Part shown: in pieces, positions 63,150 through 64,000 of the stretch | Position numbering within the stretch: the first letter of the stretch is position 1 | Layout: each line of letters starts with the position of its first letter | Notes under the pieces: model-generated | The model's database searches: none | What the model was told of the DNA's origin: nothing | What the model saw: only the letters and a program-made list of their open reading frames with translations | Made by a program: the position numbers and the translations under genes | Source of the DNA: a virus | Reading direction: 5' to 3' (one strand) | Virus record (IMG/VR): IMGVR_UViG_2751185817_000001 | Length of the DNA: 64,000 nt

Positions 63150-63171
63150 TAGTCAATCAATATTTACTTAC
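63150..63171 (-). promoter_or_regulatory. operator-like motif upstream of dNMP kinase
   Basis: Minus strand gtaagtaaatattgattgacta. Confidence 0.7.
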
Positions 63172-63213
63172 TGCACAGGAGCGATTTATGGAAGGAGCGA
63201 ATTAGCGTTTTCG

Positions 63214-63387
63214 CTAATTCTCCGGGCCCAGAAGCCCGCGAACCTTGGCGCGTTCGACCAGGCGCTCGAGCCGCTCGTTCTCCTTGCGGAGATCTTCGAT
63301 AACCTCGAGATAGAAGCTCTCGGTCATTGCCGAGAGCCCGCAGGTGTTGAAGAAGTGGATTGCGATCTCGCGTTCTTTCTCGGTCAT
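63214..63387 (-). CDS. small hypothetical protein
   Basis: GGAAGG RBS; ATG 63387 overlaps helicase stop. Confidence 0.55.
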   Translation of the reverse strand: MTEKEREIAIHFFNTCGLSAMTESFYLEVIEDLRKENERLERLVERAKVRGLLGPEN

Positions 63388-64000
63388 GCTGCCTTCCTTT
63401 GGGCTGCGAAAATGTGCCAGGGGAAGTCCTGGTTCGCCGGCAGGATATTCTCCCTGAAGCCCGGCGTGGACTTCACCACATTGCGCCGGCTGTTCGTGTG
63501 ATCGGCAAGCGCAATGTTGTTGGAGCATGAATAGTCAGCAATGAACGCGTAGTTCGGCATATTTTTCTTGGCGCGCAGACCACGGCCGATCCGCTGACGC
63601 AGAGCGACTTCCGCCTTACCGCCTCCGGCGAGCTGCACCAGGCCGATGCCTGGCACGTCAACGCCGACATCAACGATGGTTGAGCCAATGATCGCATCGA
63701 TTTCACCCAGCTCGAGCTGGGCGAGGGCGGCTTCGCGCTCATCCTGCTTGTTCTCGCCGCGCAGGAACACCACCCGCAGACCGACGTGCTTGAACTTCTT
63801 GAACAAGATCTCACCATGATCCATGCGCTGAATCAGCGTCAGGATCGGAAGGCCGTAGCGCTTCGCCATCAGCGCGTCACGCACGATGTCCTTGTGCATG
63901 AAGCCATTCTCGATGTAGCCGAATTGGTAGGCGCGCTGCCAAGGCGACGACCGGAACAGCTTCGGATGCGGGTCGGACGTCACGTATTTGAAGATCGGCT
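63384..64000 (-). CDS. SF2 (UvsW-like) helicase, C-terminal part; 5' end outside window
   Basis: Motif V STIVDVGVDVP and motif VI QRIGRGLR. Confidence 0.88.
   Translation of the reverse strand, partial: PIFKYVTSDPHPKLFRSSPWQRAYQFGYIENGFMHKDIVRDALMAKRYGLPILTLIQRMDHGEILFKKFKHVGLRVVFLRGENKQDEREAALAQLELGEIDAIIGSTIVDVGVDVPGIGLVQLAGGGKAEVALRQRIGRGLRAKKNMPNYAFIADYSCSNNIALADHTNSRRNVVKSTPGFRENILPANQDFPWHIFAAQRKAA

Noticed and set aside
529-63171. CRISPR array from the recurring palindrome
   Set aside because: Copies are degenerate, kilobases apart and tied to gene starts; there is no repeat-spacer periodicity and no cas genes.

Overview
This window is 64 kb of a large, GC-rich phage genome, probably from an alphaproteobacterial (rhizobia-like) host and probably a temperate phage-plasmid. 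No structural genes fall in the window. 1-35 kb is a replication, recombination and nucleotide-metabolism block: CobT/CobS-like vWA-AAA pair, sigma-like protein, DnaE with a UDG-like tail, SSB, 5'-3' exonuclease, RecA, SbcD/SbcC, RuvC-like resolvase, class II RNR, glutaredoxin, tRNA-Cys, ThyA, dUTPase, rIIA/rIIB, HD hydrolase, HNH and a DnaQ-like exonuclease. 35-54 kb is a dense run of small + strand accessory ORFs, including RtcB, a macro-like protein, a RelA/SpoT-type HD hydrolase, DUF3768 and a GNAT. 54.4-58.9 kb is a largely non-coding, compositionally extreme region. 59-64 kb carries an Acb2-like protein, an HslV-like peptidase, ParA with an RHH partner, a dNMP kinase and a helicase. Four observations stand out. 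(1) A 1.35 kb island at 57326-58673 has no CC or GG dinucleotide on either strand and encodes Gly/Pro/Trp-free proteins; it is flanked by CCATGG- and CC/GG-rich clusters, and its main protein resembles a gene lying between two CCATGG arrays. (2) Six unrelated proteins end in [HN]PN[FY]GRF. (3) Twenty proteins end in Ala-Ala. (4) About 20 dispersed copies of a palindromic operator-like motif sit at transcription starts. All product calls come from motif recognition by eye; no database searches were run.
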